64,000 nt of DNA from an uncultured Gammaproteobacteria bacterium (GTDB taxonomy: Bacteria; Patescibacteriota; Microgenomatia; Levybacterales; GWA1-39-11). Positions within the stretch are counted from its first letter, which is position 1. Each line of letters starts with the position of its first letter. The notes under the pieces were generated by a model. It worked only from the letters and a program-made list of their open reading frames with translations. It was not told where the DNA came from and did not search any database. A program made the translations under genes and the position numbers. Positions 48,186 through 58,545 of this stretch are shown piece by piece. The stretch is taken from the NCBI GenBank assembly GCA_964425075.1, contig CAYRKM010000001.1, positions 331,060 to 395,059 on the forward strand, in the 5' to 3' direction.

Positions 48186-48608
48186 ATGTCAGATTCAAGA
48201 GTTCGTTCACTTACACCATTTTTTAGGCTTCCAAGTGTTTGGGATGAAGATGAGTGGCCATCATTTTTCCATTCTCCTCAAAACCTAGATGTTTACGAAA
48301 CCGATAACGAAGTTGTCGTGAAAGCCGCAGTTCCAGGAATTCCAGCCGATAAAGTTGATGTAACCTTTGAGGATGGAGTTTTAAGAATTTCAGGTCGAGT
48401 TGAGGAAAAAGAAGAGGAAAAGCAAAAAAGACAGGTAGTGCATGTAGAGCATAGAGCTCGCATGTTTGACTACACGGCTACTCTTCCGCGAGCAATTGAT
48501 GCTGGAAAAATCAGCGCTGAAGTAGAAGACGGAGTTGTTACAGTTACTGCTCCAATCGCAGAAGCATCAAAACCTAAAAAAATAACTGTTAAGGCAAAGG
48601 GTAAGTAA
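48186..48608 (+). CDS. Small heat shock protein (Hsp20/alpha-crystallin)
   Basis: LDVYET..EVVVKA.VPG, DGVLRISG, A..EDGV.TVT.P; SD GGAGGTG at 48173. Confidence 0.93.
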   Translation: MSDSRVRSLTPFFRLPSVWDEDEWPSFFHSPQNLDVYETDNEVVVKAAVPGIPADKVDVTFEDGVLRISGRVEEKEEEKQKRQVVHVEHRARMFDYTATLPRAIDAGKISAEVEDGVVTVTAPIAEASKPKKITVKAKGK

Positions 48609-48632
48609 GTTCAGATAAAGGTTAGGATTCTC

Positions 48633-48663
48633 AAAAACCTCCCTGAGAATGGGAGGTTTTTTT
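48633..48663. terminator. Bidirectional intrinsic terminator
   Basis: aaaaacctccc-tgagaat-gggaggttttttt between convergent genes. Confidence 0.85.
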
Positions 48664-48847
48664 ATCCCTTGGGAACCCTGAATCCAAAGTAAGAAAAAAC
48701 AACCGTAGAAAAAAATGCAAGACCCATTATTTGAGTAATGTTGACGTCGTTTGCATAAATTATTACATAGGCAGTAGCAAGCCAATGGACGACTATAATG
48801 ATTGCCACCCAAGGATATTTACTATAAAAATTAAGAAATCTTTCCAT
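48662..48847 (-). CDS. Small two-TM protein (61 aa)
   Basis: YPWV....W.AT, second TM ending FGF; overlaps the kinase stop; paralog at 50331-50486. Confidence 0.75.
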   Translation of the reverse strand: MERFLNFYSKYPWVAIIIVVHWLATAYVIIYANDVNITQIMGLAFFSTVVFSYFGFRVPKG

Positions 48848-50324
48848 TTTTCTTATTATACTTCTTTAGATAGTTATTTATAAGATTGTAGATTTCGTAA
48901 TCTGCTTCAATTAAGTATGCTAGCCATTCATTCAATTCTTCAAGAGCTTTTTCACGCCCTAGTTTTCTTGATACACCGGTAATTCCTAAATCGGGTAGAT
49001 AAGGCAAATTTGGATTGGATTCAAAAAATTTTCGAATCTCACTTGTTGCGAAATAATCTGGCTTTAGTTGTTTTGAAACAAACCCTAGGGTTGCCAAGAG
49101 CTTTATAAAAGTTGCAATTTCTTTAGGAACTCTTAATCTATAACTTCTGGCGGCGGATAAAAGTTTCATAAAAACGATAGAATAATCAGTTTTATTACTA
49201 TTTAAGTTTTCTGCGTTTCCCATTACTGTTTTTTCGACTGTCTTGGAAAAGTTGTTGGTGAGGGTCATTAAAAATTCGTCAATGTTTTTCTGTTCTATGT
49301 TTGCAGGCAGTGCGCTCCTGATAATTTGTTTTAAATCATCGCATACCATATCAGCAAAATAATAAGTTGAATTTTTAAAATCCTTGTTTCCCATATATTT
49401 CATAAACTTTATGAATGATTCATGATTAAGAGGCCTCCATTCTCCAACAATTCCAAAGTCGATTAATGCAATCTTATTGTCTCTGAGGAGTATTATATTT
49501 CCTGGATGAACATCGGCATGGAAGAATCCATAGTAGAATTCCTGTCTTAAAATCGCCTGGGTCAAAACGCCCGGAGTTTTTTCAATATCTACACCATATT
49601 TTAATATACGTTTTCTATCGAGTCTTCCATCTTTTAAGCCTCTTAGCACCTTGCTTAGATGTATTCCTTCGATATACTCTTGGATTAAAATTCTCTTTGT
49701 AGAATATTTAGGATAAGTTTTTGGGATAACGATGAAAGGATCGTCTTTTAAATTGTCATACATTTTTTGGGCACTTTTTGCCTCAGTTATATAGTCTAGC
49801 TCTTGAAGTGTCCATTTTTCAAACTCTTCCCCAAATTCCTTCCACGAAAGAGCGGGTATTTTGAAAAAGAGATCTGCCAGATAGACTAGTATATTAACTA
49901 TAAATAAATCAACCCGTACGTCATCTTCAATTCCGGGTCTCAATATTTTAATTACTACAACTTTATCGTCAAAAATCGCTCTATGTACTTGTCCGAAGGA
50001 ACCAGCAGCAAATGGTTCGGTTTCAAAATCAAGAAATATTTCATCTGGATATGCACCAAGTTCTATTTGAAATATTTCCTTTACTTTTTCGTAGGAAAAG
50101 GGTTTAACGTTATCCAATAGATCCATTATCTCAAGCGAATATTCTCGTGGAAGAATATCAAGCCTTAATGCTAATAGTTGACCAAACTTAATAAAAGAAC
50201 CACCTGTTTCTTCGAAAAAAGATTTCATAAAAGTAGCTTGGTGCTTTTTATAAATACCAGTTTTAATTAGAAGATAGAGGAATCCAAATTTGAGCAGTAT
50301 CCAAACAATGTAGAAAAAACGCAT
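48831..50324 (-). CDS. ABC1/UbiB (AarF) atypical kinase family protein
   Basis: GGSFIKFGQ...R.D (KxGQ), AAGSFGQVH, VIK, ELDY..EA, FFHADVHPGN, LIDFG. Confidence 0.9.
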   Translation of the reverse strand: MRFFYIVWILLKFGFLYLLIKTGIYKKHQATFMKSFFEETGGSFIKFGQLLALRLDILPREYSLEIMDLLDNVKPFSYEKVKEIFQIELGAYPDEIFLDFETEPFAAGSFGQVHRAIFDDKVVVIKILRPGIEDDVRVDLFIVNILVYLADLFFKIPALSWKEFGEEFEKWTLQELDYITEAKSAQKMYDNLKDDPFIVIPKTYPKYSTKRILIQEYIEGIHLSKVLRGLKDGRLDRKRILKYGVDIEKTPGVLTQAILRQEFYYGFFHADVHPGNIILLRDNKIALIDFGIVGEWRPLNHESFIKFMKYMGNKDFKNSTYYFADMVCDDLKQIIRSALPANIEQKNIDEFLMTLTNNFSKTVEKTVMGNAENLNSNKTDYSIVFMKLLSAARSYRLRVPKEIATFIKLLATLGFVSKQLKPDYFATSEIRKFFESNPNLPYLPDLGITGVSRKLGREKALEELNEWLAYLIEADYEIYNLINNYLKKYNKKNGKIS

Positions 50325-50330
50325 GATTTT

Positions 50331-50486
50331 TTATGATCCTCGTGCAAAACCTAGGAAGAAAAGAGTGAGGACCGTGACTGTGGAATACAAATAAATTGCA
50401 TTTGGTTCTACGATATTGAATGAGAGGACGGTTAGTGTTGCTCCCCAAACTCCCAATATGGAAAGACATACCCAAGGATATCTCAT
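50331..50486 (-). CDS. Small two-TM protein (51 aa), not in the ORF track
   Basis: MRYPWVCLSILGVWGATLTVLSFNIVEPNAIYLYSTVTVLTLFFLGFARGS*; promoter TTGCAT-17-TATAAT-6-ATG; similar to 48662-48847. Confidence 0.8.
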   Translation of the reverse strand: MRYPWVCLSILGVWGATLTVLSFNIVEPNAIYLYSTVTVLTLFFLGFARGS

Positions 50487-50523
50487 GAGCCTATTATAGG
50501 AAGTGGGGTCTACTAATGCAATC

Positions 50524-51960
50524 TTATGATATACGAGGAAACAGTGGTTCTCCTGATTTTATTTCTCCACTAAATTGAGAAAGAATTTTTTCAGAGGTTT
50601 CAGGAAGGAAAGGTTGAAGGTTATAGGCAATCTGACTGATATTTGAGACAAAAATACTAAGCCCTGTTTTTAAAGAGGCCCCTTGAAGTTTCCATGGTTC
50701 TGTTTCGTTTATCTTTTTATCAATATCTTTTATGGTTCTCCAAATGAAATTCAAAGCTTCATTAAAAGAATAATTGTTAAATTGCTCTACAACATATGGA
50801 TCAAAACGTAAAAATTCTGGTGTAAATTCCATTCCCTCTTTTTCACAAAGCCGTGCAACACGGGCAACTAAGTTTCCTAGACCATTTGCAAGGTCAGCGT
50901 TGTAAACAACTTTTAATTTTTCTTCAGAAAAATCTCCGTCCTCCGTTGAAGGGATTTGTGATAAAAAATAGTATCGCAGTGCATCTGTTCCGTATTTATT
51001 TATCAAATCAATTGGGTCAATTACATTTCCCAAAGTTTTTGACATTTTTTGTCCATCTACCGTAAAGTATCCATGCACAAAAAGCGATTTTGGTAATGGG
51101 AGTTTGGCAGACAATAGAAAAGCTGGCCAGTAAATTGCATGGAATCTTGTGATCCCCTTTCCAATTACATGGACATCGGCTGGCCAATATGTATCATATT
51201 GTTCTCCAAGTCCGCTTCTGTAAATATTTAATGCATCAAACCATACATACATTCGTTGTGTTTCATCTCCGGGAACGGGTACTCCCCAATTTTTAGCGCG
51301 CTCATTGGAACGGGAAATGCTGATATCTTGTAGCCCTCTTTTTATAAATGAAAGCATTTCATTCTTTCGGGATAAGGGTGTAATTTTTAGTTCATCATTC
51401 TCAAGGAGTTTTTCAATTTGTTCTTGATAGCGACTTAATTTAAAGAAATAATTTGATTCACTCACTTCCTGCAATGGTTTACCAGGATGTTCAAAACATT
51501 CTCCATTTTCGTTTAATTCCTCTTTTTCATAAAATAATTCACAGCCGATGCAGTAAAAACCAGTGTAGTCTTTTTTGTAAATATCCCCTGCATCTTCACA
51601 TAATTTCCATAATTCTTGAGAAGATTTGTGGTGGTCTGGGGCACTTCCTTTTTGGAAAAAGTCAAACTGAACATTCAGTCTTTTTGCTAACTCTGCAAAT
51701 AAATTAGAATTTTCATCAACAAATTCCTGCACGTTTTGTCCCGCAACTTCTGCTGCCTGTACGTTTTTTAATGCATTCTCATCGCTTCCTGATAATAAGA
51801 CGGTATCATTTCCAAGAAGCTTATGATGCCTTGCAATAACGTCAGCTTGAACAAATTCCAATGCATGGCCGACATGCGGCTTGGCATTAACATATGGTAT
51901 AGCGGTTGTTATGTAAAACTTTCGTTTTACGCTGACGTCGTCATCTAAAAATTTATTCAT
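50524..51960 (-). CDS. metG: Methionyl-tRNA synthetase
   Basis: FYITTAIPYVN..PHVGH (HIGH), YVWFDAL, FHAIYWPA, KMSKT; start 51960 from TTGTTA-17-TACAAT-7-ATG. Confidence 0.95.
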   Translation of the reverse strand: MNKFLDDDVSVKRKFYITTAIPYVNAKPHVGHALEFVQADVIARHHKLLGNDTVLLSGSDENALKNVQAAEVAGQNVQEFVDENSNLFAELAKRLNVQFDFFQKGSAPDHHKSSQELWKLCEDAGDIYKKDYTGFYCIGCELFYEKEELNENGECFEHPGKPLQEVSESNYFFKLSRYQEQIEKLLENDELKITPLSRKNEMLSFIKRGLQDISISRSNERAKNWGVPVPGDETQRMYVWFDALNIYRSGLGEQYDTYWPADVHVIGKGITRFHAIYWPAFLLSAKLPLPKSLFVHGYFTVDGQKMSKTLGNVIDPIDLINKYGTDALRYYFLSQIPSTEDGDFSEEKLKVVYNADLANGLGNLVARVARLCEKEGMEFTPEFLRFDPYVVEQFNNYSFNEALNFIWRTIKDIDKKINETEPWKLQGASLKTGLSIFVSNISQIAYNLQPFLPETSEKILSQFSGEIKSGEPLFPRIS

Positions 51961-52002
51961 AAAGTTAATTGTATCAATTTTTGAGGCTAATAACAAGGAA
52001 AT

Positions 52003-52335
52003 TTACTTTTTGGAAAAGAAAAGAAATTCCACAAGAATAATGATTATAAAAAGAAGGATTGGATAAAGAATATTAGTGAAATCAAAAAAACGCAGTAGCA
52101 AAACTCCTTCCAGAAATACACCAACCAAAATTCCTCTCCTTAAGCTTTTCAAAGCATATACGCTAAAGCCTACAGCACTTATAAAAAGAAAAAAGAAAAG
52201 AAATGGAATAGGAGAAAGAGAAAAATTTGAAATTGAAAAATTTTCTTCAGGATTGATTGTTAGGACATAGACTAGAGAAATTATTAATCCAAAAATTCCC
52301 AAAAAAAGGTATTGGAGAAATTTTTTGTTAAACAT
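52003..52335 (-). CDS. Small polytopic membrane protein
   Basis: Four hydrophobic segments, SLRRG..; TGaTACGCT-6-ATG promoter. Confidence 0.7.
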   Translation of the reverse strand: MFNKKFLQYLFLGIFGLIISLVYVLTINPEENFSISNFSLSPIPFLFFFLFISAVGFSVYALKSLRRGILVGVFLEGVLLLRFFDFTNILYPILLFIIIILVEFLFFSKK

Positions 52336-52377
52336 CTAACTAGCGTATCAAAAATATCTTGATGCTACAATTTATTC

Positions 52378-52579
52378 GCCCTTCAAGAAAACCCTGAGCT
52401 TGTCGAAGGGATGACGTTCTGCATAGCAGAACGAATGCATTAAAGTAAGAAAACATCTTCTTTAGAGAATACCCCAAGTTTTAGCTTGGGGAAGATGTTA
52501 TATTACAACCCCTTGACCCGTTCGACTCACTTTGTTCGCTCAGGATCTGCGCCCATCCGTAGCTTTCAGCGAAGGAGGG
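52378..52579. repeat. Cluster of REP-like palindromes upstream of the hrcA promoter
   Basis: ccctgagcttgtcgaaggg (52392), cgttctgc-ata-gcagaacg (52415), ccccaag-tttta-gcttgggg (52472), ttcgactc..gctcagga (52521), tccgtagctttcagcgaaggaggg (52556). Confidence 0.7.
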
Positions 52580-52580
52580 C

Positions 52581-52617
52581 TTGACATCATTTAGCACTCA
52601 TGCTATATTATTGCTAA
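52581..52617 (+). promoter_or_regulatory. hrcA-grpE-dnaK promoter with CIRCE operator
   Basis: TTGACA(52581)-17-TATATT; TTAGCACTC(52591)-N9-TATTGCTAA. Confidence 0.85.
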
Positions 52618-52734
52618 AGCAATCGAAGGATTGTAAATTTCAAGAACTAAGCACCAAATAACAAATAAATAGTTTAAATTTTAATATTCATTTTTTTGAA
52701 ACTTGTAATTTGGATCTTGGAATTTTAAATATCT

Positions 52735-53457
52735 ATGTACGATTTAACACAAAGACAGATAGAAATCCTTAAACATATCGTTAAGGAGTACATTGACACC
52801 GCAAATCCAGTGGGCTCAGAAACCCTTGAGAAGAAATACGATCTTGGAGTTTCTCCTGCAACCATAAGAAATGAAATGGCAGAAATGGTCAAGAAGGGGT
52901 ATCTCGCAAAACCTCATACTTCAGCAGGAAGGGTTCCAACATCAAAGGCAATGAAGCTATATGTTAATGAATTGATGAAGGAAAAAGATCTTTCAGTTGC
53001 AGAAGAGGTAGAAGCAAGAGAAAAGGTATGGGATACAAGAGGACAAGAAGGAGATTTTTTAAGAGTCGCAACCAAAAGATTAGCTGATAAAACCGGAACT
53101 CTTGCAGTTGCAAGAACTGACAATGGTGACTTTTTCTGCTCTGGATACTCAAACATCCTAGAAATGCCCGAGTTTTATGACATAGATGTTACGAAAAACT
53201 TGCTTTCTTTGCTTGACAATTCTGCTTATTTTGATACTATTTTTGGTAGAATTCACGAAAAATTTGCAGTAATTTTAGGTGAGGATTTGGAGCTTGAGGT
53301 ATTTAGGCCTTACAGTTTTGTTTTTTCCCGATTTCATACAAGAGGTAATCACGATGGCACAATTGGTGTAATAGGACCCTCCAGGCTTAGATATGAATAT
53401 ATTGTGCCAGTAGTAAGATATTACGGCAACTTGGTTGAAGAAGTGGCAGGATGGTAA
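52735..53457 (+). CDS. hrcA: Heat-inducible transcription repressor HrcA (short form)
   Basis: RQ.EILK.IVKEYI.TA.PVGS, SPATIRNEM, PHTSAGRVPT, IGVIGP.R..Y. Confidence 0.95.
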   Translation: MYDLTQRQIEILKHIVKEYIDTANPVGSETLEKKYDLGVSPATIRNEMAEMVKKGYLAKPHTSAGRVPTSKAMKLYVNELMKEKDLSVAEEVEAREKVWDTRGQEGDFLRVATKRLADKTGTLAVARTDNGDFFCSGYSNILEMPEFYDIDVTKNLLSLLDNSAYFDTIFGRIHEKFAVILGEDLELEVFRPYSFVFSRFHTRGNHDGTIGVIGPSRLRYEYIVPVVRYYGNLVEEVAGW

Positions 53458-53501
53458 TGAATTCAGTTGATAGTTTTTAGTTATTAGTGATTAGTTATAA
53501 A

Positions 53502-53960
53502 ATGGATGCGGTTAATAAAAAAACAAAACAAAAGAAAGAACCAGCGCATTCAGACGAAGAGGCAAGAATTGAAGAGCTTGAAAATCAATTAAAGAGAGCG
53601 GTTGCCGACTATAAGAACCTTGAAAGAAGAACTGAGGAAGAAAGACGAGAAGTTATTAGATATGCAAATAAAGATCTGATAATAAATCTTCTTCCAGCAT
53701 TTGACGCTTTGTTCTTGGCAGCAAAATTTACCGAAGACCAAGGTGTTAAATTAACAGCACAACGAGTTCTTGAAATTTTGAAAGAACAAGGGATTGAGAA
53801 AGTTGAGACAAACAATGTACAATTTAATGCTGAGGAGATGGAATGCGTAGAAGTAGTGTCGGGAGAGAAAGACAGAGTAATTGAAGAAATCCGTCCGGGA
53901 TTTAAAATTTACGGAAAATTAATACGACCCGCACATGTAAAAGTGGGTTCTGGTAACTAA
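53502..53960 (+). CDS. grpE: Nucleotide exchange factor GrpE
   Basis: RAVADYKNLERR, LLP..D, G+K+..KLIRPA.V.V. Confidence 0.93.
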   Translation: MDAVNKKTKQKKEPAHSDEEARIEELENQLKRAVADYKNLERRTEEERREVIRYANKDLIINLLPAFDALFLAAKFTEDQGVKLTAQRVLEILKEQGIEKVETNNVQFNAEEMECVEVVSGEKDRVIEEIRPGFKIYGKLIRPAHVKVGSGN

Positions 53961-53996
53961 TTTTAAAAATTGATTTAAAATTAAAAATTAAAAATT

Positions 53997-55901
53997 ATGA
54001 GCAAGATAATTGGAATCGATTTAGGAACAACAAATTCATGTATGGCCGTTATGGAGGGAGGATCTCCAAAGGTTATATTTTCAGCTGAGGGACGAAATGT
54101 CGTACCATCAGTTGTTGACCCAGTTGAGAGGGTAGTTGGGGATGTGGCAAAACGCCAACAGGTACTAAAGCCTAAAAAAGTTATCTTCTCCGTCAAAAGA
54201 CTTATGGGAAGAAAACTAAAAGATGAGTCGGTACAAAAAGACTTAAAACTTTTGCCTTATAACGTAAAGTCGGGACGCGACGGGATGGCAGTTGTTGAGG
54301 TTGATGGTAAAGAATACACTCCACAAGAAATTTCAGCACAAATTTTGCAAAAACTTAAAAAAGATGCAGAGAGTTATTTGGGAGATAAGGTAACTCAAGC
54401 AGTTATTACAGTTCCTGCTTATTTTGATGACGCACAACGTCAGGCAACCAAACAAGCAGGGGAGATTGCGGGACTTGAGGTTTTAAGAATTATAAATGAG
54501 CCAACAGCCGCAGCGCTTGCATATGGGTTAGATAAAAAACACGCACACACCGTTGCAGTTTACGATCTTGGTGGAGGAACATTTGATATTTCAGTTTTGG
54601 AGTTAGGTGAGGGAGTATATGAAGTTAAAGCTACAAATGGTGACACTCATCTTGGAGGAGATGATTTTGACCAGGTAATCATTGATTATCTGGCCGATGA
54701 GTTCAAGAAAGACAATAATATTGATCTTCGCCAGGATCCACAAGCCCTACAGCGTCTTAAAGAGTCAGCTGAGAAGGCAAAAATTGAACTTTCAACGTCA
54801 ACAGAGGCTGAAATTAATCAACCATTTATAACTCAAGGACCTGCAGGACCACTTCACTTAACTACAAAACTAACACGCGCAAAACTTGAGAGCTTGGTTT
54901 CTTCACTTATTTCAAAAACCTTCGATCCCGTAAAGCAATGTCTTAAGGATTCAGGAATTGAAGCTGGAAAAGTAGACGAGGTTATTCTTGTTGGTGGTAT
55001 GACAAGAATGCCAAAAGTTGTTGAGGAAGTTACTAAATTCTTTGGAAAAGAACCCAACAAATCAGTTAACCCCGACGAAGTAGTTGCAGTCGGAGCTGCA
55101 ATTCAAGGTGGAGTTTTGGGAGGAGAAGTAAAGGATGTTTTGCTTTTGGATGTTACCCCATTAACTTTAGGAATTGAAACCCTTGGTGGAGTGGCAACTC
55201 CTCTTATTGAGAAAAATACAACAATTCCTTCAAAAAAGTCACAAGTTTTCTCAACTGCTGCTGATAACCAGACTCAGGTTGAGATAAATGTTGTTCAGGG
55301 AGAGAGGCCAATGGCAAATGATAATAAGTCTTTGGGAAGATTTATTCTTGACGGTATTCCTCCTGCACCACGAGGAGTTCCACAGGTTGAGGTTTCTTTT
55401 GACATCGATGCATCAGGAATCCTATCAGTTACCGCAAAGGATAAGGCAACCGGAAAAGAGCAAAGCATAAAAATTACAGGTTCAACTGGACTAACTGACG
55501 AAGAAATTCAGAAAATGACCAAAGATGCTGAGATGCATGCTGCAGAAGACGAAAAGAAAAAGGAATTAATTGATGTGAAAAATAGCGCGGATAATCTTGT
55601 CTTTACTGCTGAAAAATCAATTAAAGATATGGAGGGTAAGATTAGTGACGAGGACAAGAAAGAAATTGAGGAAAAGATTGAAGAAGTAAGAAAAGTAAAA
55701 GACAGTGACAATAAAGAAGAAATTGAGGAGAAAACAAAAGCACTTTCTGAAACACTATCAAAAGTTGGCGAGAAAATGTACCAGTCGCAAGGACAAGAGC
55801 AAGGTTCGGATGGAACCACCTCTGCCGATAGTTCAGGTGAGCCGAAGAAAGAAGACGGAGAAGAGACAAAAGACGCCGAAGAAGGCGAAGTGGTAAATTA
55901 G
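53997..55901 (+). CDS. dnaK: Chaperone DnaK (Hsp70)
   Basis: [47 protein letters not shown]. Confidence 0.98.
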   Translation: MSKIIGIDLGTTNSCMAVMEGGSPKVIFSAEGRNVVPSVVDPVERVVGDVAKRQQVLKPKKVIFSVKRLMGRKLKDESVQKDLKLLPYNVKSGRDGMAVVEVDGKEYTPQEISAQILQKLKKDAESYLGDKVTQAVITVPAYFDDAQRQATKQAGEIAGLEVLRIINEPTAAALAYGLDKKHAHTVAVYDLGGGTFDISVLELGEGVYEVKATNGDTHLGGDDFDQVIIDYLADEFKKDNNIDLRQDPQALQRLKESAEKAKIELSTSTEAEINQPFITQGPAGPLHLTTKLTRAKLESLVSSLISKTFDPVKQCLKDSGIEAGKVDEVILVGGMTRMPKVVEEVTKFFGKEPNKSVNPDEVVAVGAAIQGGVLGGEVKDVLLLDVTPLTLGIETLGGVATPLIEKNTTIPSKKSQVFSTAADNQTQVEINVVQGERPMANDNKSLGRFILDGIPPAPRGVPQVEVSFDIDASGILSVTAKDKATGKEQSIKITGSTGLTDEEIQKMTKDAEMHAAEDEKKKELIDVKNSADNLVFTAEKSIKDMEGKISDEDKKEIEEKIEEVRKVKDSDNKEEIEEKTKALSETLSKVGEKMYQSQGQEQGSDGTTSADSSGEPKKEDGEETKDAEEGEVVN

Positions 55902-56013
55902 TCCCCCCTTAAATTTACTCAAAAAGGTTGTTTTCATATCCCCCAAAATGCTACTATAAATAGGTATACCGTGTCGTTCGGGTAGTTATGCATTGGCATA
56001 ACTAAGTATCTAT

Positions 56014-56316
56014 ATGGACAATAGTCAATGTCAGCCAAATGAAATTTTAACTGACTTCGGGTGTGTACCTGATGATCCAATTGGTTTTGTAAGTAAATTT
56101 TATAACCTTGGACTCGGTCTGATTGGCATGGTAGGGTTACTGTTTTTGATAATTGGAGCGTATTTCATCCTTACGTCCCGAGGGGATCCTTCTCAGCTTC
56201 AAAAGGGAAAGTCATATATTCTCTATTCAATAATTGGCATAATGCTTGCGATTTTTGGTTTTGTATTTATTCAAGTAATTGCTGGGGATGTTTTAAAGAT
56301 TCCTGGTTTCAGTTAA
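56014..56316 (+). CDS. VirB2/TrbC-like (T4SS-type) pilin
   Basis: TDFGC.P, two hydrophobic helices separated by TS.GDP....GK, IIG. Confidence 0.7.
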   Translation: MDNSQCQPNEILTDFGCVPDDPIGFVSKFYNLGLGLIGMVGLLFLIIGAYFILTSRGDPSQLQKGKSYILYSIIGIMLAIFGFVFIQVIAGDVLKIPGFS

Positions 56317-56320
56317 ATAT

Positions 56321-58462
56321 ATGAAAAAACTACTGCCCATTGTCATTGCATTTGTTATTACCTTTTTTACTGCTTTTCCTGTTCAAGCACAATTGACCCA
56401 AAGACTTCTGCCTTCCCCATCTCCCAGTCCAAGTCAAGCGCCTGCAGTTTCAGGGAATTTTGCAGCTGATGCAGAAGTAACATTTGTAGGTAAAACTGCA
56501 TCAAGAGCAAATGATTTTTTACAATGGACGCTTGAGAATTATAACTGGATAAGCATCACTGCAAACGCCCCAACAGATCCTATACAAGAATTTTGGGTTT
56601 TGGTAAGAAATATTGTTTTTGCTCTTCTTGCACTTTTTGTCCTTGGTGCCGCTTTTGTCATGATAATAACTCGCGGTCAAAATCTTACTATTATGAAGTT
56701 TGTTCCTCGATTTGCGATGGTTTTAGTCTTGATATTTTTGTCATATGCACTAGTGCGATTTTTGTATCAAGCAACAGACATAATACAAGGGTTTTTCTTG
56801 AGAGTTCAGGATGCGACAACTGGTCAGTCTAGACTTATTGGTCCACAAGATCTTTTATATCTTGCCTTTGATTATAATTTATCAGGGTTTAGATTGGTGG
56901 GTTCTCAATTCGATGAATCTGCATTTATATCATTGTTGCTAGTGAAGCTAACTGCAATTACTTATTACGTAATGACGGGATTGCTTCTGATTAGAAAAAT
57001 AATTCTTTGGTTTTTCATTATTATTTCACCAGTTTTTCCACTACTTTTAATATTTAGTCCCGTTAGAAATACAGCAAAGATTTGGGTGGGAGAATTCTTT
57101 AGGTGGCTTCTTTATGCGCCTCTTTTTGCTCTTTTCCTACATGGACTTGTTTTGATGTGGAGAGATAGGATTCCTCTCAATTTTGACTTTACTACACCTG
57201 GAAATGTACCAGGAACTGATGTTACTTACCCTACGGCAATTAATATCATATTGGGTGGACCAGGACAGTTGATTGGTATTAATAATTCAGTTAACCTTCC
57301 TGACACCTTTGCTTTGTATGTTGTCGCTCTCCTTATGCTTTGGGTAGTAATTTTGTTGCCATTTCTTTTATTACAGATTTTTCTTGATTATGTTGGCAAT
57401 ATGTCTATTGCAGAAAATCCAGTATATAAAAGAATTTCTTCACAGCCTTGGTTTACAAAGTCTTTTGGAACACCTCCTCCATCTCCTGGTCAGCCACCCC
57501 TGCAGTCTAGTCCATTTGGAATGGCTAGACAGCTTCCATTCTTTAATAAACGATCAATGCAAACATCCGCAACTCAAAATAACGCTAATTTGAATAGAGC
57601 AAATCTATCGAATGCTTCGAGTATGCAGGGAAGTCGAGATATTATGCGTCTTGCAAATCTTTCTGTTCCAAAGATGCGGGATATTGCCCGGTTTGAAACT
57701 TCTATGATGAAACACGATACTGTTTCTCGTCAAGAAGTATCCAGATTCCATGATACTTTGGAGAAGATTTCAGCTCCTCGAGGAACTATTGAAGAAAGAG
57801 AAAAATACTCAAATATTAAATCTCAACTTGTTACACAAGCTCAAGGTGGAGACCATCTTGCCAACTCAATTCTTTCAGCCCTTAAGGTAGCAGAAGAAGA
57901 AAAGGATAAGACAAAAGCAGTAAGACCAGGAGAGAAAACTGATGAGAAAGCAAAACTAACTGATGTAAAGTTGCCTGAGGAGAATAAAGTTCAGCAGGTA
58001 TCAATCGAAGAATATGAGGAAGTAAAGAAAATGTGGCAAGAGAACTATCAAAATATGGATTCTCCTGTTGGACCAGATGGAAATCCAATTGATAAGAATA
58101 GCTTCATTCAGCAGGATATAGAAAAGATTACAGAGACAATTAATTTGTTAAGTTCACAAAACCAAGACGATGTCAAAAAGGGTATGGAGCACGTTTCTAA
58201 CGTCTTGCCATTCCTTCTCATTGGAGGATTTTCAAAAGTTGAGGTTGTGGGTTACTTGAAAGCAAAGCTAGAGGCTGCAAAGTCAGTGTTAGGCTCTCTA
58301 TCTCAAAAGAAAGAAGAGGAAGATACAATGGTTGAGAGGCAAGAAGGGCAAGCTCAAGCACAAAACACTATGGTGATGAGAGAAGAAATCAAACCTGATG
58401 AAGATAAGAATGGCACAAATGGGTCTGGAGGACAAACTCCACCAGTTGCATCAGGACAGTAG
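56321..58462 (+). CDS. Large membrane protein, VirB6/TrbL-like TM core with long soluble C-terminus
   Basis: Signal peptide; W..VRNIV, IRKIILW...IISP...L......W..EF.RW pattern; about 8 TMs; about 350-aa hydrophilic tail. Confidence 0.55.
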   Translation: MKKLLPIVIAFVITFFTAFPVQAQLTQRLLPSPSPSPSQAPAVSGNFAADAEVTFVGKTASRANDFLQWTLENYNWISITANAPTDPIQEFWVLVRNIVFALLALFVLGAAFVMIITRGQNLTIMKFVPRFAMVLVLIFLSYALVRFLYQATDIIQGFFLRVQDATTGQSRLIGPQDLLYLAFDYNLSGFRLVGSQFDESAFISLLLVKLTAITYYVMTGLLLIRKIILWFFIIISPVFPLLLIFSPVRNTAKIWVGEFFRWLLYAPLFALFLHGLVLMWRDRIPLNFDFTTPGNVPGTDVTYPTAINIILGGPGQLIGINNSVNLPDTFALYVVALLMLWVVILLPFLLLQIFLDYVGNMSIAENPVYKRISSQPWFTKSFGTPPPSPGQPPLQSSPFGMARQLPFFNKRSMQTSATQNNANLNRANLSNASSMQGSRDIMRLANLSVPKMRDIARFETSMMKHDTVSRQEVSRFHDTLEKISAPRGTIEEREKYSNIKSQLVTQAQGGDHLANSILSALKVAEEEKDKTKAVRPGEKTDEKAKLTDVKLPEENKVQQVSIEEYEEVKKMWQENYQNMDSPVGPDGNPIDKNSFIQQDIEKITETINLLSSQNQDDVKKGMEHVSNVLPFLLIGGFSKVEVVGYLKAKLEAAKSVLGSLSQKKEEEDTMVERQEGQAQAQNTMVMREEIKPDEDKNGTNGSGGQTPPVASGQ

Positions 58463-58545
58463 TATATAAAAAAATATTGTTAGATTGTCATGTAATTATA
58501 TTGATATAATAATTTAGGCATCTATTAATAAAATAATTTAAATAT

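Noticed and set aside
50263-50475. 70-aa ORF in the track
   Set aside because: Wrong frame; the 50331-50486 frame has the promoter, two TMs and a paralog
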